DNA of 64,000 nucleotides, from contig NC_058368.1 in the NCBI RefSeq assembly GCF_018350175.1, forward strand, positions 96,598,001 through 96,662,000, written 5' to 3'. Shown one piece after another: positions 37,518 through 51,500 of the stretch; positions within the stretch are counted from its first letter, which is position 1; each line of letters opens with the position of its first letter. The translations under genes were made by a program, and so were the position numbers. Under the pieces are notes generated by a model that saw only the letters and a program-made list of their open reading frames with translations, made no database searches and was not told where the DNA came from. This stretch comes from Felis catus (taxonomy: Eukaryota).

Positions 37518-40500
37518 TAACGTAATTGAGTAAATTGCTCAAGGTTAAACCTTAATAAGTCCTGGAACCAGGATGCACGACAAGAATTTTGATCGAATGG
37601 ACCTCACCTATAACCACTGCTTTCTCAGTGCCTGAGGACCCAAGCACATTTTACCCTCAAAAGTCACACTGCAACTCTTATTATACAGTGTGGAGTTGTA
37701 GGTCAGAAAAGTTTTGCTATACTTTGCATAAGGTCTGAAAAATTGTATTATTTCCTCTGTCTTTTCTGCAATACAGAACACTGAGTATTTTCCAAATCAT
37801 AACAGATGGGTTTGTTTGTTTGCTGTTTTTTTTTAAGGTTGCAAATCTTCAAGGGAAAAAAAAAGTATTTTCTTTTCTATTTGGCTCCAAACTTGAATTC
37901 AAATAACTATAATAATGACAAATATCAATCTCTACCTGTGGCCTAAACGAGAGCTGTATATATGAATCTTCCAGCATTGTTGAAAACAAGGCACTCTTTC
38001 ATCTATTTTAAATTCAATAGTGTGTATCTTTGGGCTTCACATAATAAATGCTATTTGGGGTATGAAGATTGCAAACATCGATCATAATTTGATTTGTTTC
38101 TATTGGACATCTCGTATGGGCACCACAGCATGACTTTACCTGTTTTAAGATTGTTAATGGCATTGAAAATTACACATGACACTACAAATGCTGCTTGAAA
38201 TAGAACATATTTTTACATGACTTTAAATAAAAAAAGAAAACATAATCCTTGCAACAGTATTCTGCCCAGCCCTCAAACATATCGTATACTGATGTTTTAT
38301 CACCACAATAGCAATCATGATCACTGTGCTATTTACAACTTTTATATTGTCAGAAAAAAATATTTTTTGCAAGCCTGATTTAATTTTAAACTCAAGGAAC
38401 CCATGTCCTAATGAGACACTATGAAAAGAAGAGGAAAATTCTCACACATTAGCAGACTTTGAAAACTACAGACAACTCAAATCTGAGGCCAGAAGCAACA
38501 CTGCTGTCCATTTAGAATTTTCAAAGTTAACACAGGCTTTTCATCTAAATAAATATTCCAAAAAGTATATATTAGAGTCCCACAGGGATTCAGATTTTTT
38601 TGAGGCTAATTCTCTGGAGAAATATGGGATCCAAACCTGAGATCAAAGAGCTCTTAAGAAAGACCCACTTTGTAAAATAAGCACATATTATGTTTTAAGG
38701 GCACTTTTTCTTAAGAGAGTTTAGGTTTTCAGTAAAAATGCTTTAAACCATCAGTTCTTTTCCTGACACCAGAGATTAGCTTCAGAGGGATTCATCAAAC
38801 GACTAAAAAAGAAGACCATTATATGCATGTGCACACATACCTGCAAAGAAATGTATTATTGCAATTTTGTTTCGCCAAAGCAAATACTCCCTTAAAACTA
38901 TGAATGTTACCTTATGCTCAACCATGGGAGCCATATACTTATTATCGTTAAGTTACTGATACTAGAACTGAGTTTTCTAAAAATAGGTAGCTTTAAGGAT
39001 AGCCCAGGGTCCTGTGTTCCTCTATTTCGGTGACCAGCAAAAACAGAAATGCCCTGCTATACCTTCAGATAACGCTGGCTGACAAAAGCAATTACTAAAG
39101 CAAACAGTAAACTCTGGCACATTCCTGAACTACGCACGTTGTTCTGTGCCACTCTCCATTTTCCTTATTCGCCTTCTGCAAGGGCTTCCTCTGACACTTG
39201 GTCCCACCATCATAATGCCAGAAATCTATTACTTAATACGATTCTTTTTATACAAAAATGTTTGATGACTGTGATGATGGGATTTCAGGTTCCTTGTCAG
39301 TGTAGCTATTTGGCCAAAAGGGTAGGCGTACAATAATGTTTATCCAAAATACTGAATGAATGCTCCTGGTGATAAATGATCCTGAGTTCTACCAAAAGCA
39401 AAATTTTCACTTTTTTTAAAAAGTGGGTTGAGTTATTCTTTTTACATGATACCTATGATATGGCATTAGTAATATGTATTACATGTATGTATGTCTGCAT
39501 ATACACATATATATGCCATGTATATAAATATAAGGATAAGTATGTACACTTACACTAATTAAAACTCATTACTTAAGTAAATAGATGATTTAAAAAAATA
39601 CAGCTGTTCACAATTATAGCGAAGAATTCGAAGGCTGGCAAGAAACACCTAAAGTTTATAAAGAACCACCAGAAACCATATTATACCAACTTTAGCCTAC
39701 TCATATTACAGCCTACAATAATAGTATCTACAGATAAAATGTTTAATATTTGCATATTGCAAACAAATATAAGGGAGTGTGATTAATATTCTCTGATGAG
39801 AATATAAACGGCAAAGAATAGAATACTTTGATCCTTGTTTCAAGAATATTTATTTAATCCTCACATATTTAACGTTATTATTTATGTTTTTGTCCGTCAT
39901 TTGTTTCTTCTTTTGTTTTATTCTAAGGTCAACAGTTATATGAATTATGTGGCATAATACAAGATAATGACAGTAGAGATTTATAAATTCTTGAGACATT
40001 TTCACTTGCAGGCTAAGGCTAAACTATCTATTAGCAGTTTAGGTTCAAATTGTTGAATTTATTATTCTACAGTTTCCTGGGCTCTTTCATTCATGAAAGG
40101 ATGCCAGATGAGTATTGCTTTTCTTTGCCCTGTGACTTTTGTGACTGTGGCAATGGTTAACTCAATTCCCCAGACTTTATTTCCTCATCAAAGTGTTCAT
40201 ATGGCTGTAGTGCTTCAGTGAAGTATAAAGCAGCAATGAACCTGTTCAAGCATGAAGGAAAAAAAACAGTAACTTCTCACAACCAAATAACATACACAAG
40301 GTCAGGGTACTGAAATTTGTACATTTTTTTTCCTTTAAAAGGAAAAAATAAAAAAAGAGAACACTCAATCAAAAATGAATTTGATACACTGAAAAACTTA
40401 TATAGCACAAAATAATTTGATATTAATTTTATGACAGAGGTTTGTTTTTATTTCAGAAAATAAATAAATACCTGTTAAGCAACTGTAACGTGAATTGGCA

Positions 40501-40879
40501 TAATGTTTTGAAAAGAGTATGCCTCGTAGCCTGAGGTAAACTGGGTCAAAATTTCAAATTTACCACCTAAATATCAAATTCTCCAACTCCTGACCAATGA
40601 TTCTTTATTCACAATAACAAAGTAGAAATAATGACTTTACAAGGTTAGAAAAGATATCTATACCAATGTCTGGAGCAGAATAAGTGCAGAGGAAATGTTA
40701 ATTACCTTCATTTATACTGGGAGGCTTTAACACAAGTATTCACAAAAATAACAAAAAATATACACCAATATCATCCCCTTCAGAAAACAGTGAGGGGAAG
40801 TAAAGGAAAAAGAAGACCTAAATAATTGAGTCTAATTTTTTCTCCTTTGGTTTAAAAATTGTTTTGATAATAAATGGCC

Positions 40880-42818
40880 AACACAAAGAGATAATAGGGA
40901 TCCAGATTGGAAGGGAAAGTAGAAAACTATCTTTATTTGAAAATAATAAAACATTTATATTGAAAATCCTAATGATCCACTATATAACCGCTAAAACTAT
41001 TAAACAAGCTCAGCAATGTCAAGAACACAAGGTCAATATACAAAATCAACAGGATTTCTACACACTATCAATGAAAAATCTAAATATAAAAATAAGAAAC
41101 CAATTTCCACTTCAAAAAGCATCAAAAAAAAATAAAATACTTAGAAATAAATTTAATACAGTAAGTGTAGGATTTGTACTTGGAAAACATTATTGACAAA
41201 TTTTGAAGATGATTTAAATAAATGGAAAGACATCCCATGTTCATGGAACAGTACACTTAATATTATATAATAACAAAATTCCCTGAACGGATCTACAAAT
41301 TTAACACAATCCCTGACCAAAATCATAGCTGCCTTTTTTGAAGAAGCTGACAGAGTGATGATAAAATTCATACAGAAATGAAAGGACTTGGAATAGTTAA
41401 AGCAATCTGGAGAAATAACTAAATTTGATAATTTATATTTCCTACTATCAATACTTACTATAAAGCAGTAATAATCAAGACAGCAGGAGATGGACATAAA
41501 GAAAGCATTGATAAATGGAAGTGCATTCAGAGCCAAAAATAAACCCTTACATTTAGGGTGAAATGAACTGTAACATATCTGCCAAGAAAATTCAATGGAG
41601 AAAAAAAATCACCTTTCAAGGAATGGCACTGGAATGATTGGATATGCACATGCAAAACCATGAATTTAAAACCCTACTTCACACCATACTCAAACATGAA
41701 CTCAAAATGAATCATATACCTAAATGTAATATCTACAACTATAAAACTCTTAGAAGAAAACATAGCAATAAATCTTCCTGACCTTGGATCAGGCAGTGGT
41801 TTCTCAGAAGACCAAAAGCATAACTAATAAAAAAAAAATAGATAAATTGTACTTCATTTTTAAATGTTCACACATCAAGAAAACCATTAAGCAATTAAAA
41901 AGAAAATTGACAAAGCAGGGCTATTTTTTTAGAACATACAAAGAACACTAATAACTCAATAATAAAAAGAAATAAAATTCAAAAATGGGTAAAAGATTTG
42001 AAGAGACAGCTCACCAAAGACAATGTTGGAAAGGCTAATAAAGACATGAGAAGATATGCAACATCAATAGGGAAATGTGAATCAAAAACACAGTAAGATC
42101 CACATCCACAGGGAATTGAAACCACTTTGCAATCTATTAGGATGGCTATAAATAAAAGCATAGAGAATAACAAGTGTTGGTGAAGACGTAGACAAGTTGA
42201 AATCTTTGTCTACTGCTGGTGGGACTGTAAAAGGGTGTAGTGACATTGGAAATGCTTGGTAGTTTTTCAAAATGTGAAACACAGAGTGAGCATACGACCT
42301 AGTAATTCCAAACCCACGTATCTATCCAAGAGAAATTGCAATATGTGACCACACAATGCTTTGGACACAAATGTTCATAGTAGCATTCTTCATAATATTC
42401 AATAAGTAGAAACGCCCCAAATGTCCATCACCCAGTGAGGGGGTAAACAAATGTGACATATATATAAAATATAACACTCAGCAATAAAAAAGAGAGTGAA
42501 ATAGTGCTAAAACATAGGGTAATCTCAATTATACTAACTGAAAGAAGTCTGAAAACTTCTTAAAAGACAGCATAATATATAATACTATTAATGTGGAATG
42601 CCCCCCAAAGGCAAACCTATGGAAGTAGAAAGCAGATTGGCAGGTATAGGGACTGACTAAAAGTGAGGAGATTTTCTTTGTGAGATAAAGAAAATATTCT
42701 AAAATTGATTGCAGTGGCAATTATACAACTCTACAAATAGAATAAAGACCATTCAATCTTAACATTTGAAACAGGTGAATTTAAGGATAAAGTGTATCTT
42801 AATAAAGCTGTTCAAAAA
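40880..42818 (+). mobile_element. L1MB-like element: ORF2 3' half plus 3' UTR, decayed
   Basis: aaatggaaagacatcccatgttcatgga, aaaactcttagaagaaaacatag, cccaaatgtccatca, end tcttaataaagctgtt. Confidence 0.9.
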
Positions 42819-43477
42819 TATTTGGAGAAAAATTTTCACCAGAAAAGGAGATCTGCCTATCCATTGTTTGGTAATATGGGTGGTAATATGTTTAGTATTA
42901 TTCTTCAGCTGTGAGTTTGAGACCATTTTCTGTGTGTTGTGGAATAAGGAAATTAAGGAGTTATGAAATAATTCTATCCTTTGTTGTGACCTTGACAAAA
43001 GGGTTTGCAGGGTGGAAAAAGATGACACAAATACATAAGAATTTAAATAAAAATCCTGTAGTCAAAACTTGGTTAGAATGAACAATTCACTTCCTGAAGC
43101 ATGTCAAATATACTTGTAGATCAAGAGATAAATATATACAGATTTATTCTCATTTTATCCAATGAAGAGGCTTAGGTATAATGAACAATCCGACATCAGT
43201 GGGCATCCCTAGCATCCAGACTGCATTCTTGAAATAGCATTTCAGAACAAAAAAATAGAACTTCCGAAAGAGATGGTAGATTCCAGAACTCAAGCAGAAA
43301 GTGTCCAAATTGACCGAAACATCTCTGAAAATGTCTGAGTTGACTGAAACATGACTGAAATTGCAAGGACACACTCAAAGATTACAAAGACATATCGAAC
43401 AAGAATCAAGAGATCAATTGTCAAGGTTTCAAAAGACCAAAGATGAGAGGTTTTAAACTTTAAAAGGGTAAGGTGTA

Positions 43478-43693
43478 GGGGCACCAGGGTGGCTCAGTGA
43501 GTTAAGCATCTGACCTCGGCTCAGGTCATGACCTCATGGTTCATGAGTTTTAGACCCTGTCGGGCGCTGTGCCAACAGCTCAGAGTCTGGAGCCAGCTTT
43601 AGATTCTGTGTCTCCCTCTCTCTCTGTCCCTCTCCTGTTTGCATGCTGCACTGTCTCTCTCTCTCTCTCTCTCAAAAAATAAACATCAAAATA
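43478..43693 (+). mobile_element. Can-SINE
   Basis: Head ggggcaccagggtggctcag, CT-rich body. Confidence 0.95.
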
Positions 43694-44125
43694 AGGGTTC
43701 AATGTTCAAATGAAATAAATTAATAACGATGATATTTTTAAATGATCACTTATGGAGAAAGAAAATTCAGTATCTCAAAAACTGGTAATTAAGAGAAATA
43801 AGTATTTATCCTGGCTTATATGAATTTACCACTAGATAACCAATTAGTAGATTAGGGGACAAAATTATTACGAAACTATCCTTACTAATAAATAAGAAAA
43901 TGATATATTTGCATCCCCAATTACTTAGTGGATCTAGACACTGAAGAATGGCTGTGAGATCACAAAAAGGCAGATCACCAGACACTAGGTGCCCCCCATT
44001 AAAAGAACAAAACTATGACCTCTGATTCGTTATAACCTCTATAACCTCTATCCGTTAAAATTCCATTAAAAGGATATAAGTTGAGTTGGAAACTGTGTCT
44101 GGATCCAGCTGTTCCTTTTCAACAA

Positions 44126-44394
44126 TTCTTTTTTCCTATTCTTTGTTTTTTTTAAATGTTTGGGGGGTTTTTTTGTTTGTTTTTTTTTTTGTTTTTTGTT
44201 TTTTGTTTTTTTGAGAGAGACAGAGCACGAGCGAGTTAAGGGCAGAGAGAGAGAGGAAGGCACAGATTCTGAAGCAGGCTCCAGGCTCTGAGCTGCTAGC
44301 ACAGAGCCTGACGCTGGACTCGAACTCACAAACCACAAGATCGTGACCTGAGCTGAAGTTGGACAGTTAACCGACTGAACCACCCAGGCACCCC
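44126..44394 (-). mobile_element. Can-SINE with a long patterned tail
   Basis: TSD tccagctgttccttt. Confidence 0.95.
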
Positions 44395-45634
44395 TCCAGC
44401 TGTTCCTTTCCAGAACACAAAGAGCACAGAGAAATGCGTTCAACCACATCATTACTATGCCAGCAACTATACCCAGAGTAGCCCTACCTGTACAGATCCA
44501 GTACCTTTTGTTCTTCAACAGATAGATTTAAAAAAAGAGAAATGAATAGAGAAGGAAATGACACATTAAAAGAGATTTAAAAGATTTTAAAATGAGGAAG
44601 ACTAAAGTCTACTGTGTACAGATGCACACCTGAGAGAGCTAGAAAACAACGCAAGGAAGTCACTACCCTAACACTCAGATGAATAGCTACTTCTAAGTGG
44701 AAGACGGAATTATGAATGACACAGGGCACACAGAGGGACAGCTGTGGCGGCTGGCAAAATGCTGTTCCTTCATTTATGCAGCGGTTAACAAGACTGTTCC
44801 TCTAACGTCATCTCATGGAGCTATTCATTTTGCATGTGTTGATTTCTGTTTCTGATTCTTCATTGTACACTAACAAGGGTAATGAAGTCCTTAGATAGGA
44901 CAACTGAGCTCCCAAGACACTGGAGAAAACAGAGGCAAATAAAATATGGTCAATCCAGAAAAAAAAAAAAGTTAAACATCAAAGGATGTGTGCAACAGAA
45001 AGCATGAACATAATGAAAGATGAGACCAACGGCATCAGCACCATTAACCTCCCTACAATTATTCCAGCCTACCGCACATCTTACAAACTTCTGAAGTAAA
45101 GGTCCAATTTACTTTTTATTCTGGGTGAAGAATTATTTGTTTGCTTGTTTGTTAGTGTGTTTATTCTAACGGGTACATTATTCTAATGGGTTGTATTTGC
45201 GTCATCTAATTTTCTGTTTTTGTACTTGTTGCTTTGGTTTTTGAGACTCTGACATTTTATGGCCTGGGAGATAAATTCAAACCCATCAAATGTATTATAC
45301 ATCTGCTTTCTTTGGCTTTATTTTTATTGCTTTGTTTCTGAAATTATTTTTCCTTTTGAAGATTTATGATATTTATATTCTTGCAACTGTAATCTCTCCT
45401 ATTATTTTGTTTTAGTTCTATAATTAAGTGGATTTAATGCTCACCATAATTCTTACAACAAAGAAGCCACACTCCTTAATTCATTATTTTGATTCATCAC
45501 TTGTTTGAATTTTTATTAGTGAGTTATCTTTTTTTTCATAGCTCAGACCAATCTAAAGAAAACTCATCAACAGATGCAAAGGAAAAAAACTTTAACATAT
45601 AGTCTCAGAAGAATAAATAATTAAAATTGATCTT

Positions 45635-45847
45635 GGGGCACCTGGGTGGCTCAGTTGGTTAAGCGTCAAATTTCAGCTCAGGTCATGATCTCACCACGGT
45701 TTATGAGTTTGAGCCTCACATCAGGCTCTGTGCCAACAGCTCAGAGCCTGGATGGAGCCTGCTTTGGATTCTGTGCCTCCCTCTCTCTCTGCTCCTTCCC
45801 TGATCATACTCTGTCTCTCTCTCTTAAAAATAAACATTAAAAAAAAA
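45635..45847 (+). mobile_element. Can-SINE
   Basis: TSD ttaaaa[t/c]tgatctt. Confidence 0.95.
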
Positions 45848-46086
45848 TTAAAACTGATCTTAAATTCAATATTCAAGTGATCATGGAATAATATACAATT
45901 TTTTCAAAGAATTACCTCCAAAAAGTATTTGATCCCTACATATATTATCAGTGGTATATTCAATTTTTTAAGAAATAGAACATATGTTACAGAAACTGTT
46001 CTAGAGCACACAAAAAGTTATCTGTTTTCAAACAGTGTAGAATTTACACAAGTTATCAATAGAAAATAGCAAAACTACATATTAAA

Positions 46087-46279
46087 TTTTCTTTTTTTTT
46101 TTTGTTTATTTTTATTTTTGAGACAGAGCATGAGCAGGGGCAGGGCACAGAATCCAAAGCAGGCTCCAGGCTCTGAGCTGTCAGCACAGAGTCCGAAGCA
46201 GGGCTTGAATTCACAAACTGCAAGATCACGACCTGAGCTGAAGTCAGAGGCTTAAATGACTGAGCCACCCAGATGCCCT
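46087..46279 (-). mobile_element. Can-SINE
   Basis: TSD gcaaaa[c/g]tacatattaaat. Confidence 0.95.
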
Positions 46280-46833
46280 GCAAAAGTACATATTAAATAG
46301 GTCCCAAAGATCTTGTTATACCAGAATTTGAGAAAGTTAGCAACCTCTGAATAAATGTTACCGTTTCTACCTGTTCAATACGTATTTCGTACCTATTCAA
46401 TAGATAGCTTTTGTCTGGTTATTGTTTCTGTGCATTCTGAAATTTTGCTAAGATCACAATAAAAGTTAACACTAGAGACATTTGTTTAGACTTGCTATAA
46501 ATTAGCTTTTCTCCTCTGTTTGAGGGCATATTTGATCTAAAGTCACTCCTACATTAGTTGGAGTCTGAAAAAAACTGATTTACCTTTAATGATGTATTTA
46601 ATCTACATAAAATATCTTTAGATAACTTTTAGAAGGTTTTTCCTCATTGCTTTGGTTTTGATTTTGACAAATAGATAAGACATTTTTGAGCAGGTATTTT
46701 GGGATTTCTGTCCTTCATGGTATAACAAAACCTGAGTTTCATATAGCTCGGACTTCTCTAATCCTCAATAAGATTTAGTCTATAACCCTGAATTCTTTTA
46801 GAAATGAAATTAATATTTGATTTAAATGTCTCT

Positions 46834-47008
46834 GGGGCACCTGAGTGGCTCAGTTGGTTAAGTTGTGGACTGTTGATTTCGGCTCATGGTGTCTGAGTTA
46901 GAGCTCCACATCTGGCTCTGAGCTGATGATGTGAAGCCTTCTTGGGATTCTCTCTCCTGCTCTCCACCCCTTCCCCGACCTCAAAATAAATAAGTAAACA
47001 TTAAAAAA
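46834..47008 (+). mobile_element. Can-SINE
   Basis: Head ggggcacctgagtggctcag; TSD-like aaat[g/a]tctc. Confidence 0.93.
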
Positions 47009-47909
47009 TATCTCAAGTAAGAGTAAATTCTCCATTAAATAGAAAATTATTATTATTTTGCTAGAGAATTAGGACAATTATGTAAAATTAAAATTTTACC
47101 TCTAAACATAAGACTATATTTTTCAAAACAAAGTGTTAAATATATATTTTAGAAAATATACAAATTCTATGCCATATGGTTATTAGAATTAAGTTCTATT
47201 CCTAGCTCTACTAACTAGTTGTGGGAAGTTATTGTTCGTGCCTAAATTCTGTCATTAGTATGATAATCTTATGATTTTACCCATTCTTTACTGATATAGC
47301 ACACAGTATGCTTACAAAATGATGTGTCACTATATTTCTAAAGTAAATTATTTCTTCACCACACATAAATAAAAGTTGGTATCCTCCAAAAATTCTAACT
47401 ACAAATTTCAGCAGTCAAAAATCACTTTGCCTGTGTTATCTAAACTTTGCCCAAAACCACTTGGATGCTTGCTTATCTTTAACATTTCTCTCCTCTAACT
47501 TATTTTCAACTTTTTTCTCTTCCGCCCTGTATTACTTACAATTCTCCAAAATTTGGGGTTCTCTGAGCACTAGTGTCTTTATTCTTCAAAAATTTTACCT
47601 TTCATAGCTTCAGTTGCCTTTATCGGCTTATTTGATGTCTTTGCTAATTCTCACCACATCAACTGCAGGACTAATTTTATATTTTATCATGATCACCTTT
47701 TCTTCTTAGAATGCTTTATTTTCCAGATAAAATCCCAATTCCTTATCTTCTCCCCACCAGCTTTCTCACAAATGAAGACACAGGCCTATGAAGGTTCTAT
47801 CTTGATTACTGAGCATGAATTTTTCAGACTATGTATTAATTAGGAACTGCATACAGTTCCTTTCTCTGTTCTTTCATTAAGAGTCCTGAGGCCTACAGCT
47901 GTTCTCTGG

Positions 47910-48143
47910 TTTTTTTGTTTTGTTTTGTTTTTTAATTTTTTTAATGTTTATTTTTATTTTTGAGAAAGAGAGACAGAACATGAGTGGGTGAGGTTTAGAG
48001 AGAGAAGGAGACAGAATGTGAAGCAGGCTCCAGGCTCTGAGCTGTCAGCATAGAGCCTGATGGGGGGCCCGAACTCACAAACCTTGGGATCATGACCTGA
48101 ACTGAAATCAGAGGCTTAATCAACTGAGCCACCCAGGCACCCC
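47910..48143 (-). mobile_element. Can-SINE
   Basis: Reverse-complemented head actgagccacccaggcacccc; T-rich tail. Confidence 0.95.
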
Positions 48144-48513
48144 TATTTGTTTTTAATTAATGGCTTACTTTCTTATGTTAAATCCATCCAGCCCTCCTAG
48201 GGCAGTTCTACAAAGCCATTAAGGAATCAAGCTTCTATTATCTTTCTTGACTCCACCATCATCTTTAGGTCTTAAGGTCTTAGGATGGCTCTGAATTTCT
48301 ACTCATCATGTTCATTTTCCTGCAAAGCAAGGGAAATAACAAAGTTCTCCCATCCAAGAAAGAGCCCTTTAAAGAGTTATTCTGGAAACCGCACCCAATG
48401 GCTTTGATTTATAGCTCATTAGTCACTTTTCAAAGCAACTGAGGTGAGGAAATATCATCTTCCAGCTGGACCACTGCTCCAAATGAAATGAGCAATGTCT
48501 TGCATTTAAGAGG

Positions 48514-48828
48514 GCAGATACCATATGTTTTCACTCTTATGTGGATCCCAAGAAACTCAACAGGAACCCATGGGGGAGGGGGAGGGAAAAAAAAAAGAGA
48601 GAGAGAGGTTAGAGTGGGAGAGAGCCAAAGCACAAGAAAGAGACTCTTAAAAACTGAGAACAAACTGAGGGTTGATGGGGGGGGTGGGAGGGAGGGGAGG
48701 GTGGGTGGGTACTGAAGAGGGCATCTTTTGGGATGAGCACTGGGTGTTGTATGGAAACCAATTTGACAACAAATTTCATATATTTAAAAAATAATAAATA
48801 CATAAATACATAAATACATAAATAAATA
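48514..48828 (+). mobile_element. 5'-truncated felid L1 (L1_Fc-like) 3' UTR, inside an old MLT1-like LTR
   Basis: cagataccatatgttttcactc, G-rich tract, ggatgagcactgggtgttgtatggaaaccaatttgac, patterned A tail. Confidence 0.92.
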
Positions 48829-49292
48829 AGGCAGTTTATGCCTAGATGGGCAGCTATATTTCTCAACTTTCGGATTAGATTTGTCTAAATCTGATGACCA
48901 CAGATGCAATAGCCAAACTACTTTCTATTAACCTGGATGGTTGCGTTTTTCTTAAAATTAAAAAAAAAAAAACTATTTGTGCTTATAAACATTTCTTTAA
49001 TATTTGTCATCTGTTACTTGGCTGTTTGTTATGTACTCTCTTTGTTATAAAGATAGTATAATATAAGGAGTTTCAGCAAATTGGGTGTGGAGGTTTCCAG
49101 ACTCCTTACTACTCCCCACAATTACTATCATGTGAATACACACTCCCATTCTTTACTATGTGGATTATTTATCATATGGGTGAATCTTACTCATGAGTCT
49201 TAATGGTACTAGGGAGAATTAAAAAAAAAAAAAGGAAGAAGAAATATTTTAGAGAGGCTAAAATAAAAATTGGTCTTGGAAAATGTTATTTT

Positions 49293-49510
49293 AGAGACAC
49301 CTATGTGTGGCTCAGTAGATTAAGCAGCTGACTCTTGCTTTCAGTTCAGGTCATGATTCCAGGGTTGTGAGATCAATGCCCAGGACAGGCTCTGTGCTGA
49401 GTGTCAAGCCTGCTTGGGATTTTCTCTCGCCTGTCTCTCTTCCCCATCCTGGCTCAGGATCGATTGATCTCTCTCTCTCTCTCTCAATCAAACATAAATA
49501 TTTAAAAAAA
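49293..49510 (+). mobile_element. Older Can-SINE
   Basis: tggctcagtagattaagc...caggtcatgat, cctgcttgggattt. Confidence 0.9.
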
Positions 49511-49683
49511 GATTATTTCCCTCTGACCCTCCCCTACTCATGTAAGCTGTCTTGCTCATAAAAAGAGAAAATTCTACTTTAAATATATCATCAGTTTAAG
49601 TCTTCAATTTATTAAGAAATTTATTTTATGCATCTAGAATGTCCAGAGAAATTTGCAGTTTGTTTTTCAAAACAAGAAGCCTT

Positions 49684-49893
49684 GGGGTACCTGGGTGGCT
49701 CAGTCGGTTAAGGGTCCGACTTCGGCTCAGGTCATGATCTCACAGTCCTTGAGTTCCAGCCATGTGTCAGGCTCTGTGCTGACAGCTCAGTAGCCTGCTT
49801 CAGATTCTGTGTCTCCCTCTTTCTGCCCCTGCCCTGTTCGCACTCTGTCTCTGTCTCTCAAAAAGTGAATAAACGTTAAAAAAAAAAAAAAAA
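49684..49893 (+). mobile_element. Can-SINE
   Basis: Head, body and pure A tail. Confidence 0.96.
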
Positions 49894-50399
49894 GTCTATT
49901 TGTTTCAAAAAATTGAGTCTTAGAAAAGGACACTCAAATCTAAAACAAACAAACAAAAAGAAATCTACCTCAAACAGGATTAAAATTTCATAGTAAATAT
50001 TTTTAACTTGCTTGGGATTTTACCTTGAAAATAAAAGTATTAATTAATATTTTATTAATATCAAACAAAATTTCATTTCTAACTGCAAATACGGAAAACA
50101 AAGAATATTTCAGATCTATTGTTCTTCTTTATATACATTTTTTCCAGTAAGATTGAGTGTTCCATGAAAAGTAGGTTTCACATTTTTTTTTTTTTTACTT
50201 TCACAGCATAGATATAACAAAGAAGTCTTTTGCAACAAGTATGTGAAAATGTTTTCCATTTTCTCAAGGGCTTCATAAATATATGTTTAACATTTTTTAA
50301 GTTACAGAAAAAAATTCAGAGATTTTAAGCAAGAGGCATGAACCACATCCCAGACTTAATATTAAATTTTTTAATTTATTTCCTTCAGAATGTGTTTTA

Positions 50400-51500
50400 T
50401 AATGAATAAAACATGATAAAATCAAAATCTTTCTTGGTTTGTATACATTTAATATGTACAGATCCATGAAATATATATCATGTGTTATTTTTACATCTTT
50501 GTATAAATGTTTTATTTTGTCTATATATTTCTATATCTTACTTTTAAACTTAACATTATTTTTGAGATCTATCCTTATTAATATGTAAATTTAGTTTATT
50601 TCAGTATAACATTCCATTCATTTCATGAATATTCCACCATTATTTATTTGCTGATGTAGAAATCAACATCATTTACAAAAGTTTCTATGAGGTACACTTT
50701 CTGACCTAGAATTGCTAACATATTTATTGCCCTAAAATCTTGACATCTTTGAATTTGGCAAACCTCTCTGAGATAGCTATACCAGTTTATAACTCTGCCA
50801 TGAGACTGAGGTAATTCCTGTCTTCCCAAAGGGTCACCAAGTCTCCAAGGCTTGGTATTTATTTTATCACCCTTTTAACTGTTGCAACTCTTGTGAGTTT
50901 TGAAACAGTATCTCCTTATTGTAATCTGCATAAACATTACTGTTAACTTTTATAGAATTTATGTGTACTATTAAATTACCATTTGTTATACTTTTTGTCT
51001 TGCTAATTTGTAAAAACCATTATTAATTAAAGCCATAATTAAATTATTAATGCAATATAAATTAAAGCCAAAATTCAATTATTAATTTAGAGTACAATTA
51101 TTTGCTTATGATATTATTACTAATAATTTGTTACAAATTAACAGTCTTTCAAGGTCATTATTTTTCAGTCTCCTTTTTATATTTTTAATATACACATATT
51201 TTAAGAAGGATACATGTTAATTATGAAACATAAAAATAAAATAACCACCTGTGAATTCACCACCAGAACATTATCAATGGCTGCTTCCAGGACACATATC
51301 CTGTCCTCTTCTCCAAAGCAAAGGTCCCCTTTCTGTGTTTAATATTTCCTTAAGATTTAAGTGTTAATCATATCTGTAGGTATGCATAAATTTTACTTTT
51401 GTTGTACTTGCTTCTCTTCCATTTTTTTTCATATATTTTTCTAGGTGTGCTGTTTTCACTGAACATCACATTTCTAAGATGTATCCACATGTTGGGCAAT
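50400..51500 (-). mobile_element. Old L1M(E)-like antisense fragments
   Basis: attttttgagatctatcc, cctagaattgct, tttttcactgaacat..tttctaagat. Confidence 0.55.

Larger units (their letters stand above)
43100..44870 (+). mobile_element. Old L1MD/ME-like 3' region interrupted by two SINEs
   Basis: atggtagattccagaact, actagataaccaa..agtaga, caaggaagt..ctaccctaacactcagat. Confidence 0.55.

Noticed and set aside
48676..48710. G-quadruplex motif (also 1883-1906)
   Set aside because: Ordinary feature of L1 3' UTR G-tracts or a G-run expansion at a SINE head.
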